Positions 38,859 through 52,577 of a DNA stretch of 64,000 bases are shown here, piece by piece. Made by a program: the position numbers and the translations under genes. The notes under the pieces are model-generated. The model was not told where the DNA came from. It ran no database searches and was given only the letters and a program-made list of their open reading frames with translations. The DNA is from Mytilus edulis. Lineage: Eukaryota. Within the stretch, counting starts at the first letter, position 1, and the number at the start of each line of letters is the position of its first letter. The DNA is taken from contig NC_092348.1 in assembly GCF_963676685.1 (NCBI RefSeq), forward strand, positions 17,236,001 to 17,300,000, in the 5' to 3' direction.

Positions 38859-40909
38859 TATTAAAACAATGGTCTAGGGAAAGTAACTCCTGACCGAATA
38901 AATCCTGTTGATTTTCAGATAAATAACTAGAGTTACACTTCTTGCGTTGTCATCTTTTTGCTTTATTGGTAAATAGATCGAATCGTCACTTCTTATATAG
39001 AGCAAAAGAAAAGAAAATCTAAGATAGGTACTAGTGGTAAAAAATAAATTGAATTTCTTAGTTGGTATTATAATACTTTATACATATAAAAAAATGAACA
39101 ACTATAAGGTAATTTCTATGAGACTGTTTGAAACATATTAAAACTAAAATGTTAGATTGAGCACTAAATACTTCATCTTGGTAAACGCCTTAGAAAATGT
39201 TTTCACAGGTGAACGGTTCTATTATCATTCATGTAATTATTATCATCACATTCCTTCATTTCTATCAATTCCAAAACAATAAAACCTATGTGGGTGATAA
39301 GGTGTAATATTTGTTGAGATATTATATTAACTACTTTATGTGTACCTGCTTTATTTACATCTAGGCATCGAGTGTTGGTTGAGAACTAAACTGTACGACA
39401 AGAAAAAAGTTTTCTGTGGGTTTGAACTTTCTATACTAATGAATTGAAGATACATGCTTTTAGCACCTTCATTTTAAGTTTACACACAACGTTTCAGTGC
39501 TTATCTTGATTTCATTGGTTTTAAAGGTTGTAGCTAACAAAATAGCAAAATAAAACGAGATTTTTTAAATAGTAAAGATGGTGTTATTTCTTCGAAAATT
39601 TTGCGAACATCATGCCTTAGTGAGCCATTAAAAAATACATGTGTTACAGACGGCCTTATATAAATCGTGTTAATTTGTTTTACTAGCTACAATCTTGTCC
39701 TCCATTTTTTGCCCAAGATTTTATCCCAAAGACCAACTCATTCAATTTGGAATCTGCTATCAAGGTATTTGTTTTACCTGTAATACCATTAAATAACTGT
39801 TTCTTGAAAAAATGTTTTGTTACATCTTTGAAGATAAAATATTCATACTCGGGTCACCAAAAATGTTAGTTTCGATGGAACAAGATATTCCAAATTTATA
39901 TATTCAGCAATGAATTTAGATTTAAATGTTTATCCATTTCATTCAAACTAGAATTGTCAATCATACCACATTTTCTTATTATTACATCATATGTACCTTT
40001 GTATTAAATAACCTGAAATTATCAACATAACATATTTATGTTAATAGATACAACCATGTTTTGTGTTAAGTTTGTCAGAATCTTTTTCAAGATTTAAGGG
40101 GAAAATTTTATGTTACCATAAATACTTAATGTACTTAGAACTACAACAATAAACAAATAAATGATGTGATATTACATAATTTACCACCAGTTCATATGTA
40201 CAGAAATACAAATTGAATAATATTGCTTTGACAATCATAAATAATTGATTCCTTTATAACCTTCGAAGGCTATATGAGCTATAACTGCATGAGAATACAT
40301 GTAATATAGAATTAATATTTAAATGCGAATAAAGTACACAATATCGAAAGATTATCTGGTATTCAAAAGAAATCTTCCCACAAATTATGATACACATGTG
40401 TCTACGTGACAAGACATCTCGCTCGCACCTTTACATCTCAATGTTCTGTGAATCAAGAAAATTTGGTCAAAACACTTATTCGCACATATTTTAAAATTTC
40501 ACTTCATAATAAACATGTGTACGACGTTTCGAGTAAATGTGATTGCAAATTTACCTATACTGTAACGTGAAGTGAGAAAAAACAAAAAGACGAAGTAACG
40601 GACAGAATCATTTTTTTTTTATTTCTATCGTAGGTAAATCATACACACTGTTTTTTTTCGCATAAAAACTCGTCTTACTTCATTGACATGACTGTTGTTG
40701 TCACTGCATCTGAAATATCGTATATGTTGATCACATTACGTTATCTGCATTCTAAAATCAAAAGAATTTCAAAACATTAACTTCTCAATTACGCATATTT
40801 TGTGAGAGTGAATTCAAAAAATATTTGTCAAAGGATTGTGCTGTTGATAATTATTACGACACCCGTGTTCCTAGTGAGGAGAAAATTCTTTCATATAACT
40901 AAAACAAAC

Positions 40910-41020
40910 TTATCCGCTACCAATAGTACTGATCAAATAAAGAAATATACGCTCATGAGAAATATGTCAAATTATCCGCTACCAATAGTACTCATCAAAT
41001 AAAGAAATATACGCTCATGA
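40910..41020 (+). repeat. Local tandem duplication, period 62 bp
   Basis: ttatccgctaccaatagtact.atcaaataaagaaatatacgctcatgag occurs at 40910 and 40972. Confidence 0.95.
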
Positions 41021-41099
41021 GCAACATGGGAAATATCGTAACCAAGAACTTTAAATTTCTAATTAAAGTAAACTTTATTCATTTTCAATGTAAATGTAT

Positions 41100-41460
41100 A
41101 AATAAAGGCATCAGCATTATACCGCTGTTCAAAAGTCATCAATTGATTTAGAGATAATAAATCCGGCTTACAAATTTAAACCAACGGAAATACATCAACT
41201 ATAAAATGGAAACAACGGAACAACAGAAATATTGCACTGAAGTAAAAAGAAACGCCAACATAAAGTAAACGGACAACTTGATAACAACTGACATATTTCT
41301 CACTTGGTACAGAACAATCCTGGGTTGAACCTGATTTTGTACCTAGTCAAACATCTTGTATGGTAATGTTTAAAAATTAAGGTGAAGTGGCAACACTACG
41401 CGATAGGAATACAACACAAACAAACGCAAGAACACTCAACAAAGAGAAACCCATAAATAT
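41100..41460 (+). repeat. Interspersed repeat family C (also 48560-48920, 51370-51750; related 54495-54770 and inverted 55028-55305)
   Basis: Shared sequence aataaaggca.cag.a.tataccgctgttc...ttcctgacttggtacag...gaacctggtttt. Confidence 0.85.
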
Positions 41461-42004
41461 ATATATTTGTAACATAATAGTACGTTACTATGAGCGGACG
41501 TTTATGTCAAAATAACTGGTTTCATCTAAAAAAAAATCATCCAGATACTTATGCGAAGCATCTAGATAGTTATGCGAAGAATTTAGATTAAAATGCATCT
41601 AGTTTGAACCATCGCTATTTTGACATGAAAGGCTACTCATTCGTTACACCATGTAAGCTGCAGAAGAACAACGGACCTCCCCTATTAACGATAGAACAGG
41701 GCACAACAAACTCTGCGTCACCTGAATGAATCAACGCCACATATAGGGACGTGTTTCTAATCTTGATATTGATACAATTATTTGGAACGAGATCTAAAAT
41801 TACAATCATTCTCCCAATTTGTAAAAGTTCTTGAAAGGTTATTTTAAATCAATGATGTGACTATACTGACAAATAAGACATATGTGAAAATTTACCAAAA
41901 AAAATAAAAAAATAAACGGTAAGACATAACACAATGTCAAACCGTATTCAGAAAAGAAACATAATGCATGCATGTTGAATATATGAATACCGCGACAAGT
42001 CGTA

Positions 42005-42603
42005 TAGTTATCAAAAGTACCCGGATTATAATTTAGTACGCCAGACGTGCGTTTCGTCTACATAAGACTCATCAGTGACGCTCATATCAAAATAGTTATA
42101 AAGCCAAACAAGTACAAAGTTGAAGAGCATTGAGAATCAATGCAAAATTCCAAAATGTTGTGCCAAATACGGCTAATGTAATCTATTGCTGGGACAAGAA
42201 CTTCCTCAGTTTTTCGAAAATTTAAAGTTTTGTAAACAGGAAATTTATAAAAATGACCACATAATTGATATTTATGTCAAAACCGAAGTGCTGACTACTG
42301 GGCTGGTGATATCCTCGGGGACGAAACGTCCACCAGCAGTGGCATCGACCCAGTGGTGTAAATAGTTATCAAAAGTACCAGGATTATAATTTAGTACGTT
42401 TCGTCTACATAAGACTCATCAGTGACGCTCATATCAAAATAGCTATAAAGCCAAACAAGTACAAAGTTGAAGAGCATGGAGGACCCAAAATTCCAAAAAG
42501 TTATGCCAATTACGGCTTAGGTAATCTATTCCTGGGAGAAGAAAATCCTCAGTTTTTCGAAAATTTAAAGTAAACAGGAAATTTATAACAAATGACCACA
42601 TAA
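42005..42603 (-). ncRNA. Tandem retrozyme/pLTR repeat (period 358 bp, ~1.7 units) with type I hammerheads
   Basis: Units start at 42005 and 42363. The HHR at 42038-42081 reads GCGUCA-CUGAUGA-GUC-UUAUGUA-GAC-GAAA-CGCACG-UC-UGGCGU. The second HHR lacks 11 nt spanning the cleavage site. Confidence 0.92.
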
Positions 42604-42649
42604 TGTGCAATGCAATTTCACATGACACAAAACCTTTATATTCGGGAAT

Positions 42650-43330
42650 CGGTCACGCTCGCAACTTGTTGATTGTAAACCACGACCTTAAAAGTAGTTT
42701 AGACACAGATACATCGTATAGATTCGTGATGGGGTCAATCTTAACTTTCCTCCTCATATCTCTGTAGAAGTAAATTCTGTGTTGGAAGCACGCTCACATA
42801 AGTGTTAACATGCACGAGCGTAACGTATCAAATGATATATATTTAAACACCATTCGACGGAGCAAAGGATAATGTTACTGGTGAAAATAAGAAATCGGTA
42901 ACTTGGAAGTTTAAATCATCCCGTTTGTCATTGATTTTATGTAAAGTCACCCATCTGTGTGAATATTGAGGAAAATATCAAGGTAGGTAGCAGTCCTTCT
43001 TATATCAAAAGTATCCTTCATTTCAAGCTAACTGTGATATATAAAATGCAAGAACTGACTGAAATGAAAAAACTCACTAAAATACTGCACTCCACGAAAA
43101 ATTCAAAAAGGAAGAACCCTATTCAAATAGCAAATTAAAAAAACAAACGAGTTATTCAGTGATACATCATCACCAATATATCTGAAAAAAATTAAATGAT
43201 TTCGCAAGATGCTTTTTATTTTAACAAATCAACCAGAATGGGTGCACAATTAGTACTCATTGGAATATCGACTGTCTGTTGAAATATTAATCCTGCAACC
43301 TCAACAAAAATATTGTCGATTTAAGGTAAA
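42650..43330 (-). pseudogene. Decayed Penelope-like reverse transcriptase
   Basis: Minus-strand motifs occur in order: IDNIFVEVAGLIFQQTVDIPMSTNCAP, FFRYIGDDVSLNN, KINDKRDDLNFQVTDF, LIRYARAC. Confidence 0.88.
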
Positions 43331-45254
43331 TTGTAACAATTATCAAAATCGCCCATGTGAACCACTCCAACTTATTAGTGTGGCTGCCGCTGCTATAAGA
43401 TAGTAAACTACAATCTTGTATTTAATCTGATGTTCTATTAAAATAGGCATACGATTATATGACAATGGTATTACTAAAATTGAGAATGGAAATGGGGAAT
43501 GTGCCAAAGAGACAACAACCCGACCATAGCAAAAAACAACAGCAGAAGGTCACCAACAGGTCTTCAATGTAGCGAGAAATTCCCGCACCCGGAGGCGTCC
43601 TTCAACTTATATCAACAGAACGCTATGAGTTTTAAAATTCTTCTAGAATATATGATTTTATTTATTTTTAATGTATGTGTTGACAACTAAAAAGCTTAAC
43701 AATGTTAAATTTGACCCGAGTATGTTTACCGCGGTGTAGCATTTAGCCTACACAGAGAACATACGTTACGTAACTATGATTACATATTTTGTGTTATGAA
43801 AAGATGCAATGGGATCATTACATCATTATAGCCTCTTCTGGATTAACTGTTTTGGATTCTTAAACGTTATTATCGTTCGCTTAACTTTTGTGTGTGTGCT
43901 TATTTTATTTTTAAAGGTTGAATCTTTTCTTGGTTCGAATGGTTTTAATGATGTAAATTATAGCATCTCTCTTACCATGATAAATACATGTACCAGTTAT
44001 GGTGGTCGAAGAACTAAAAGCAATTATTTGGCAATATTTTAAATTAATTTTTAATCAAAATGTTATTCGTATATGAAAAAAACAACTATGATGAAAAACC
44101 GAGAAATACTTTTCTAATACTCAACAATAAGTCTCACAATAGTATTGATACATAGAACATGTAGAAGGGAATCCTCAGATAGTTTATACAAGACATCTTA
44201 CATGCAACACGGGGCATCTGATATAACGTTCTCATTTGCACTGATCACAGATTCGTATTTTTACAAAACAGCAAAATAATGGACTTCGAAAGGAAATTAA
44301 AAAAAACCATTAGTTCCAAATCCCTCGGGTAAATTTGACCTTGAATATTTTGTCTATTCTTTCGAAACCGCTTTGGCCACACAGCTCCTTGCGTATTGAA
44401 GTATTTCGTGGTGACGGTAAATAAAGGGAAGAACGTCGGAAGCACCAAATTTCAAAAAGTCATATTTCTATTTCGTATTTGTAAATTACGATACCATTAT
44501 ATAATCAGGAACCACTAATTCAGATAAAAAATGAAGATTTAATAACATGTATTAAAAACAAGTAAATCCCAGCGACACAGCACAATCCGAAAATTGTTTC
44601 AAATGTCCGACCGCTTAAGGTATATTGGTAAAAATTATATTGAGTAAGAAATATCTACTTTTTTTTTAACAACAAGAGAGAAATAAATAGTCAGTTTGAA
44701 AATACTACGATTTGTTCCCCTGTATCTATCAAAAATAATGAAGTTACAACTGTTTTTTCAAGCATTAATAAAGATCATTTACTAATATCTAATTAACTCA
44801 GTGTTTATATTTCGGACCATAAGATATAATAACAAACACACTCTCTTAAAAATACAACTAATATAATATCTATGAAAAATGAAAGTGTGTATTCGATATA
44901 GTGCCTGGTGGAATTTTTGAATATGCGTATTATTTATTGAGTATTTGTGTAACAAATCGAAAGTGTCTACCCTCTCAAGACGTTGACATCTGATGGTTTT
45001 GTAAGGCCCTTTTATTGTTAATGCTGATTCGACGTTTTACAAGTTTTTTTTCGATATTGGTTCTATATTCAGCAATAATTTTCGTTATATTCTATTTTTC
45101 AATGTATGTGTTGTATCTATTCGGGGTGATTGGTTTTTTTTTGTTTGTCATTAAAAGCATCACGTTGATTCATTTCATGTATTCCGTATTTGGTTCCGTC
45201 TGAGATTTAGAGACTAAATGCTGCTTTTCTTTTTATTTTGCCATGGTGCTTTTT

Positions 45255-45785
45255 GTATATGATGATTAAATATTCCAATTGTCACCTTCCCAATTTTCAT
45301 CAGTAACCTATCGTCGGCTCCATTGCAAGTCGTTTATATTGCTCAGTAATACAATCGTGCAGGTTCGTTCTATACGGGGTTCGGTAAAAGGATTCTGGTC
45401 CTTAAACAACTACAACTTCAGCACAGAACATAGTGATACGCTTTATTGACACCATTACGAATTGGTTAGCGATACAATTGACCGAGGTTTCAACTTACTA
45501 GTGACATGTTTTTTGCAGTTTTAGATTTGTAACTATCAATATACAGTTGTCTTGTCTGAATAAGAAAATCAATTGTGACTTATTTGATATGTGCTATTTG
45601 AATTGAGTGAAGTCGCAATGCAGGTGCTGCACGTATCGCATGGGACGCTTACCTTGTCGACACATACAATCTCGCTCTTATTGCAGTTTATGTGATTCCC
45701 TCAGTTTTTATTTGTTTCTCTGATTTGTGTCCTTTTCGCCGATTTACGAGATTCGTACATCAGTAAACAACTGATGCCTTAATTT
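45255..45785 (+). pseudogene. Decayed Penelope-like RT thumb and 3' remnant
   Basis: IPIVTFPIFISNLSSAPLQVVYIAQ* matches the FPIVNFPFLSSNIP.APAYGVYISQL-type motif. Confidence 0.65.
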
Positions 45786-47559
45786 ATAAGTTTGCGTTTA
45801 TGTTTTATTCCATTTTAATTCGGTTACGCAGCACCAGTATATTATTTTTTTTTCGAAAAGACGTAAAATTCGATGTGAGGTAATTGTTCTGCTATTATGT
45901 AAGGACTATCTGAGTTATTTTGTTTTTTACCGAAGCAATAGATATGATAGGCGTATCTTCAAATATTTAAAGTGCATTTGATTTGTTGATGTTCAACTTG
46001 ATTAAAAAAGATAACAATACTTTATCAACTATAATCAAAACATAAATATGTTAATTCAATCAAAGACCTGTTTTCTCAATACATATTTATATAATATTTA
46101 TCTAAATGCGACATTTATAGGCCAGTATCTTTCTTAAAAAATCGATGATTCAATGTACACCAAGTGCATCCTAAACACTATCTGAAATCAAATTCAAATT
46201 AGAATAAAAGATTATCAATCTTATCAAAATCTTGGAACTAAAGCCAGAAATTGTCCATATATTTAGTGCTATCATAAAGATACAAGGTAAATATCTCACT
46301 CGGAGATATACATGAAAGCCGCCATTGTTGATAAGGGGAGATAACTATCTCCATTGCGCCTCTTCCCCGCTGTCTTCCGTGATTTGTCTTATCGGTAGTT
46401 TCGGTTTTAAAATGTTGAAATTTTTGATACATTTTACATCATCTTTACAAATCAGGCGTGTATGATTTCGATAAGAACATCGTATATATTTGATGTAATC
46501 AGCTGGTTCCAGATCAGATAAATAACAAGGAATTCGTTTTTTGCACATGTTCAAACAAGAAATATCTTATGATGAACGTCTAAATTATATCTTGGAATAC
46601 TTGCAAACTCAGGTGATTCTTATTGTAGTTATTAAAAAGATATCAATTTCAATGAAAATGAACTGGAACTTTTCGAAATGTGTGTTCCTTTTTCTGATTT
46701 AACAAAATAGCGTTTCACTTTGATTTCTAAATTCTAAAAAAAATATGTCAGTGTATGCCTAGTTTATTTACATTAAGTGTTCTTGCGTGTGTAGGAACAA
46801 TTTTGATATTTGAAGATCTTATTTTCTCAATGTTTCATAAAAATCTGTTATAATTTATAATTCGTCATCCAAATGCGTTTTCCTAATGTCTATAAACGCA
46901 GAATAACGCAGACATGACACAGGCGAATAAAAGAAATCATGTTTTTAATGTTAAATTATGACGTCAAATGATTGCACTCGATCATATCTGCCTAATTATT
47001 CGTCATTCGCTGACTATCATATGCTTCAGTATCTTAATTATCAAATTCGTCCTTTCAAAAATATTGTATATATATGATCAATGCTATGAAAAATGGTTAT
47101 CTGTAACATAGGATAACATGCAAAACAGCTTGGAAACTTGTGTCCCGCCTATAATGGATTATAAGACGTGAAAGTACTTCTAATACATAAGAAGGGGTCG
47201 GAGAAGTCGTTCCAAATCATAATGTTCTATTTTCCATATTGCCTTGTAGAATGTTAAATAATACTTTGCTTTTAATGTTAAATAGAAACAGGTTAACAGA
47301 TCCCCAGATTTTTCTTTGCTTTTGTACAAAAATGCAACAACTTTTGCAGACTAGTTAATCCTATTTCAAGATCGCGATGGAATTTTCGTAGTTCTCCTTG
47401 GTATATGGTTAAACTGTTATCGTTCCCTGTAGACGTTTCGTGTCGTATTGAAGTGCCGAATTAAAAACAAAAATAGTGAAAACGTGAAAACGAAGAAAGA
47501 AACCTTTAGTATAATATAAAAATTAAATTCTGGTAAATATGATTTAATAATGATATGAG

Positions 47560-47925
47560 TTTGTTTACGACCACTGGGTCGATGCCACAGCTGGTGGAGT
47601 TTTAGTTCCCCAAGGGTAACACCAGCCAAGAAGTCAGCACTACTGTGTTGAAATGAATTATCATTGATATTGAGTGTCGTAATTATAAATTAACTGTTTA
47701 CAAAACTTAGAAATTTTGAAAAGATAAGGCTGTTCTACCTCAGGAATAGATTATTATTTAAGTTTTAGGACTTTTTGGTCCTCAATGCTCTTCAACTTCG
47801 AACTTTATTTCGCCTTTTTAACATTTTTTTTATACGAGCGTCACTGACGAGTCTTTTGAAGACAAAATGCATGTCTGGCACAAATATAGAATTTCAATCC
47901 TGGTATCTATGATGAGTTTATTATT
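47560..47925 (+). ncRNA. Near full-length retrozyme monomer with mutated hammerhead (47838-47881)
   Basis: It is homologous to the reverse complement of the 42005 unit. It reads CUGACGA-GUC..GAC-AAAA, so GAAA is lost. Confidence 0.85.
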
Positions 47926-48920
47926 AGTAAGTATAATTCAAACTTGTTTCTTTTCAATCTAGCTTTTCGCCAGAGTTTGATATAAAAAAAATCGTGACTT
48001 TTGTTTCTACAATTTTACATGAAATGTAAATGTCAAAGAAACTCACAAATTACCTTGAAAATCTGCAACGACCGTTTTGATAACACAATGCTAACACTGA
48101 TGTTTCTATGTTTACTTGTCTTTTTTTCTATGAGAAGCTTCGGCCTAAACAGTATTGTGTGTGTAATCAAAGTTTGAGACATTTTAATATCCAAGAGATT
48201 AATCATGTGCACATACACAATTCTTAAAAAAACATCGCAAGATTTCAAGCAATACTAAACAAACCATTGGTAAAACGGTTGTTGATTGGTGGGAAATATT
48301 TTAATAAATGCATTTTTAGCGTGGTTTAGAGCCAATGATGAGTGTAGGGTAGACACACCTAGAGAACAAAATGATAATCCAGTATCTTTGATGATTTTTG
48401 TAAGATTTTTTAACCTCTTTAAAATAAAAAAATCGATTCGAAGTTTTTTAATACAATTAAATTTATTTTTACCTAAAATATTTGAAATTTTAAGAAAACT
48501 AATCAGTAAGCGTTAGAAAATTGTACAATTTGTTTGTCCCCAAGATTACTTGTTTCTGCTGTAAATAAATGCAACAGTAGTATATCCTGTTCGAAATTCC
48601 TGAATCGATTGAGAAAAAAACAAATCCGGGCCACAAACTTAAAACTGAGGGAAACCAACAAACATAAGAGGAGAACTACGGCACAACAGAAACACAACAC
48701 TAAAAAGTAACACACTCATAAACCAACTATAATATAACAATGGCAATTTTCCTGACTTGGTACAGTACATTTTAAGACAAAATGTGGGTCGAACCTGGTT
48801 TTGTGGCTAGCCAACCTCCAGCTTTTATGACAATGTTAAATATAATTTAAATGACAACATAACATGACAGGACAACAAAACAAATAAATGGGAGACGTAT
48901 AGGACAGAGAAACACACAAA

Positions 48921-49220
48921 TAATAGCTATCAAAAGGTACCAGGTTTATAATTCAATACGCCAGACGTGCGTGTCGTCTAAAAAAGACTAATCAGTGACT
49001 GACGCTAATATGAAAAAAATTCGAAAGCCAAAACAAGTACAAAGTTGAAGAGCATTGATAATCAAAAGTTCCAAAAAGTTGAGCCTAATATGGCTAAGGT
49101 TATCTGCCTTGAATAAGTATATCCTTAGTATTTTGAATAATTCATACTTTTGCAAACAGTAAATTTATAAAAATGACTATATAATAGATGTACATGATAA
49201 CACCGAAGGGGTGACTAACT
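48921..49220 (-). ncRNA. Retrozyme/pLTR fragment with degenerate hammerhead (48958-49005), contiguous with a family C repeat
   Basis: The sequence acgccagacgtgcgtgtcgtctaaaaaagactaatcagtgac has both core boxes mutated. Confidence 0.8.
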
Positions 49221-52040
49221 ACGGAATAAAAACGTATACATAAAACAATCTAAACCAGCACATAAAAAATCACAGCCGAGTTAGCCGAAGAGACCAATGC
49301 ACAAAGTGACGTCACATTTGAATTCCTAAACATTTCTAAAAATAGGATAGATTTAGGATAGAATTCAAGACTAGGTTTGTAATACTGATATAACATTTAT
49401 TAATAACAATGAAAATTACAATACTTATTTTTATAAAATTGTGGTAGTAATTAGATAATTAATTCTTTTATCTAGCTATTTCGGTTTTTCTTCTAAATCA
49501 AACTGTAAACTAAAAAGAAAAAATAAACCAACTGTCGACCATAAGACATTGAGCTGAAATATGAGATTAATAAACTGATGATAATCCAAACGTTTTTGCA
49601 AATGATAATTTATGTGTAAGATTTAACAATACCAAAACATATCTGTGCAAAATGAGGTCTAAAGCATGCGAGTGCAAACAACCTAATATCTTATCAAAAT
49701 GAGTTATGGAAGTAAATTGTTTACTGCAGTAGTGCAATATGTCATTGAATAAGAAAATAAAGAGTTATGGGATAAATGAGACAGCAACAAAACGTGTCAA
49801 AAACAAAAATTCCTAAACTACTGATTTTGATATCAGTAAATTACGAAACTAAATGGGTTTTTTTCAAATATATAATGTTGATTAAGGAAAAATTACATGT
49901 TCGTTGATATTGAATTTCGTGGTTTTTGCTAAATGCTGCATACAAGCCTAGACAATTTGCTATTCGTTGAACATTTAAGATTGTAATTTACCTGTTCCCA
50001 CGAAATTCACGAACATTGATATCCAACGAATAATAATGAATTCACACTATGCATATTCACGGATCAACAATCTGTCGATACCTGTGTCTCGGAATTGCCC
50101 AATGTCATGTTTTCTCTGACTGTTTATGACGTCTTTACACTTAATCTGTTGGATGCTGGATGTGCAATTATTGTATTGGTAATTTAGTCATAGATACATG
50201 TACATGAGTTGTTTTTTTACTTGTTATTAGTATGAACTTGATTTCAGTAATTGCGAATACTCTCAGTACTAAGCGTCGTTTGGTTGTTATGATGTTCTCG
50301 TCCACGTCCACTAAGGATTTTTTGTTAGATGTATTTCTTTATGTATCAATCTGATGAGTTAAGCCTTTTCAACTTATCTTCAAAGTTCGTTCTTATATTG
50401 TACTATTACACCATTTAAATGTTTAACCCTGCAACAAGCCAAGCCTGTAATTCAGTGGTTGTCATTTTTACTGTTACTAGAAATTATTTAGATCCAAGTA
50501 AGGTGTGTTCATTATCATCTCTTGTTCTTTATCATAACAGGACTGGGTTGCAAAAACGTCTATTAACTTAATAGACGTGTGTGCAACCGTGTCCAGGAAA
50601 CTTATCATTGTCTTTTCCATAAACTTTGTGATGTTCTACTAATATTAAAAACTACATCTTGTGACTTTCGAATCAACGACTGTTCAAATAAAATAAATGT
50701 CAATCATGCAATTGCAACTACTTTTTTCATGCAGACTAATTTATTTCTTACTTTTCTCCCTGTATTGTCTTTCTTCTTTATTATTATTATGTTCTTATTA
50801 GATTATGGGGTATGATTGCTATTGAGACAACTAAAAACTAAAGGTGTTAGCAATTACAGGTCGTCGAACTGCCTTCAATTATTAATGAGCAAAACGCATA
50901 CAAAAAGTAATATATATAAAAGTCTCCAAAACGAGAAAGTGTGAACCATTCAAAAACGATAAAAGCAATGGTCAGTAGTATTTTTGAAAAACAAACATGA
51001 CAGACAGCAACCACGAACAACCACCTGATTACGGGTTCTTTACTTGGGACATCCACTTAAGGTATTAGCGGGGGTTAAACATGATTTTGAGCACTAAACT
51101 CTCGCCCTTCATATCTAATTATTCATATGTAGAATTTTCTAACTATAATTTTGAAGTAATGCAAATCTACCCGAATATCGTTATAATTTTTAAGTACTTG
51201 GAAATGATTGGACGCATGTAATTTATAACGTGTGGTTTTAAAATTTTCTACAGATGTATTAAAATGGCAAAAGAAAAGCAAAGATACATACGCATATACA
51301 TTGTAAAGGTTTGCTTTGTATTATAGGAATTGCAATATTGTAGACCGTCATAAGTTGTTCAGTAATATTCAAATAAAGGCAACAGTAGTATACCGCTGTT
51401 CAATAGTCATAAATCGATTAAGCAAAAAATTAAGTCCGGGTAACAAACTAAACCGAGGAAACACACCAACCATGAAAAGAAAACAACGGAACACCAGAAC
51501 CCTCACTACAACAAAAGCAAACGCCAACATACATCAAAACGGACTGCAGATAACAACTGCCATATTCCTGACTTTGTACAGGACTTTTTTTTAGTACAAT
51601 TGTGAGGCCCAGCTGGTTTTATGGCTCTCCAAACCTCCTGCTTATATGGCAATGTTAAGACAACCTCTTAAATGCAGGACAACAATACGTGACAGAAATA
51701 CAGTACAAACTGACGCAAAAACACTCGACACAGAGACGCATAAAGTACAACATGTAAACCGTAGACGGACAACTCTCATTAATTTACGACAGCACACAAG
51801 AACACCACAAACGAAATAAAATCTGCTCGTCACATGAAAGAATAACCGTCACAAAAATGTTTGTACTTTTTGTGAAGTTTATAATATTACAGAAAAATTG
51901 ATTATGACAAAATAGATGTGATTTCTTTATAGATATTACAACTCCGTCTGGTAATCGTAGTGAGACGTAATCATTGTTGTTAACGTTGTTGTATTCAAGA
52001 AATAAAACTTAATACATTTTAAAAAGAAACGGTAGCTTTG

Positions 52041-52180
52041 GGGTTGAAGTCATAAAACTTTGCTCAGTGCTCGGAGCACAAAAATCATGCTCGAAACATG
52101 AAATGCAGCATTTTGATTGGTTGATTTTGGAGTATGAGTACAAAAAACTGACTCGAAAGTTTTATGACTTCAAGGCCTGG
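52041..52180. mobile_element. Small MITE
   Basis: Perfect 18-bp inverted repeat ttgaagtcataaaacttt (52044-52061) / aaagttttatgacttcaa (52156-52173). Confidence 0.75.
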
Positions 52181-52577
52181 TCTTAAGTTATTAACTACTA
52201 CAGCAACATGTGTTTATCGCTATCGATTAACATAGTTTTGCCAGAACAATTTAACAGACTAGTTTAGATAATTATTAAAGCGATATTTCAAAGGATTCAA
52301 ATAAACTTTTATTTGGAGTGATAAATGATAAATATTTGTATTTGATAAATACTATCTATTCAAACAATATCATCAAATAAGTACTTAGGTCTCTCGATCT
52401 ATAAGAGAATATCAATATACGATGGCGAGTTGCAGCAGGAAATGCAAAAACACGATTTGTGCTTTCATGGTTGTGAGACACTCCCGGAAAATTCTTTAGT
52501 AATTGCAGTAAAATTGTTTTCCTCGGTTTTATTCCAACAGATATATTTTTTGCGTGACTAGTGATGCATGCATAGTA

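Noticed and set aside
42300-42340. Antisense hammerhead (CUGGUGA...GAAACGUC) opposite the main ribozyme
   Set aside because: The core is not CUGANGA, the stem II closing pair is missing, and GAAACGUC is not conserved in the homologous copy at about 47590-47625.
44279-44332. ATG exon MDFERKLKKTISSKSL with a GTAAAT donor
   Set aside because: The acceptor is weak, no downstream exon is identifiable and no homology was recognised.
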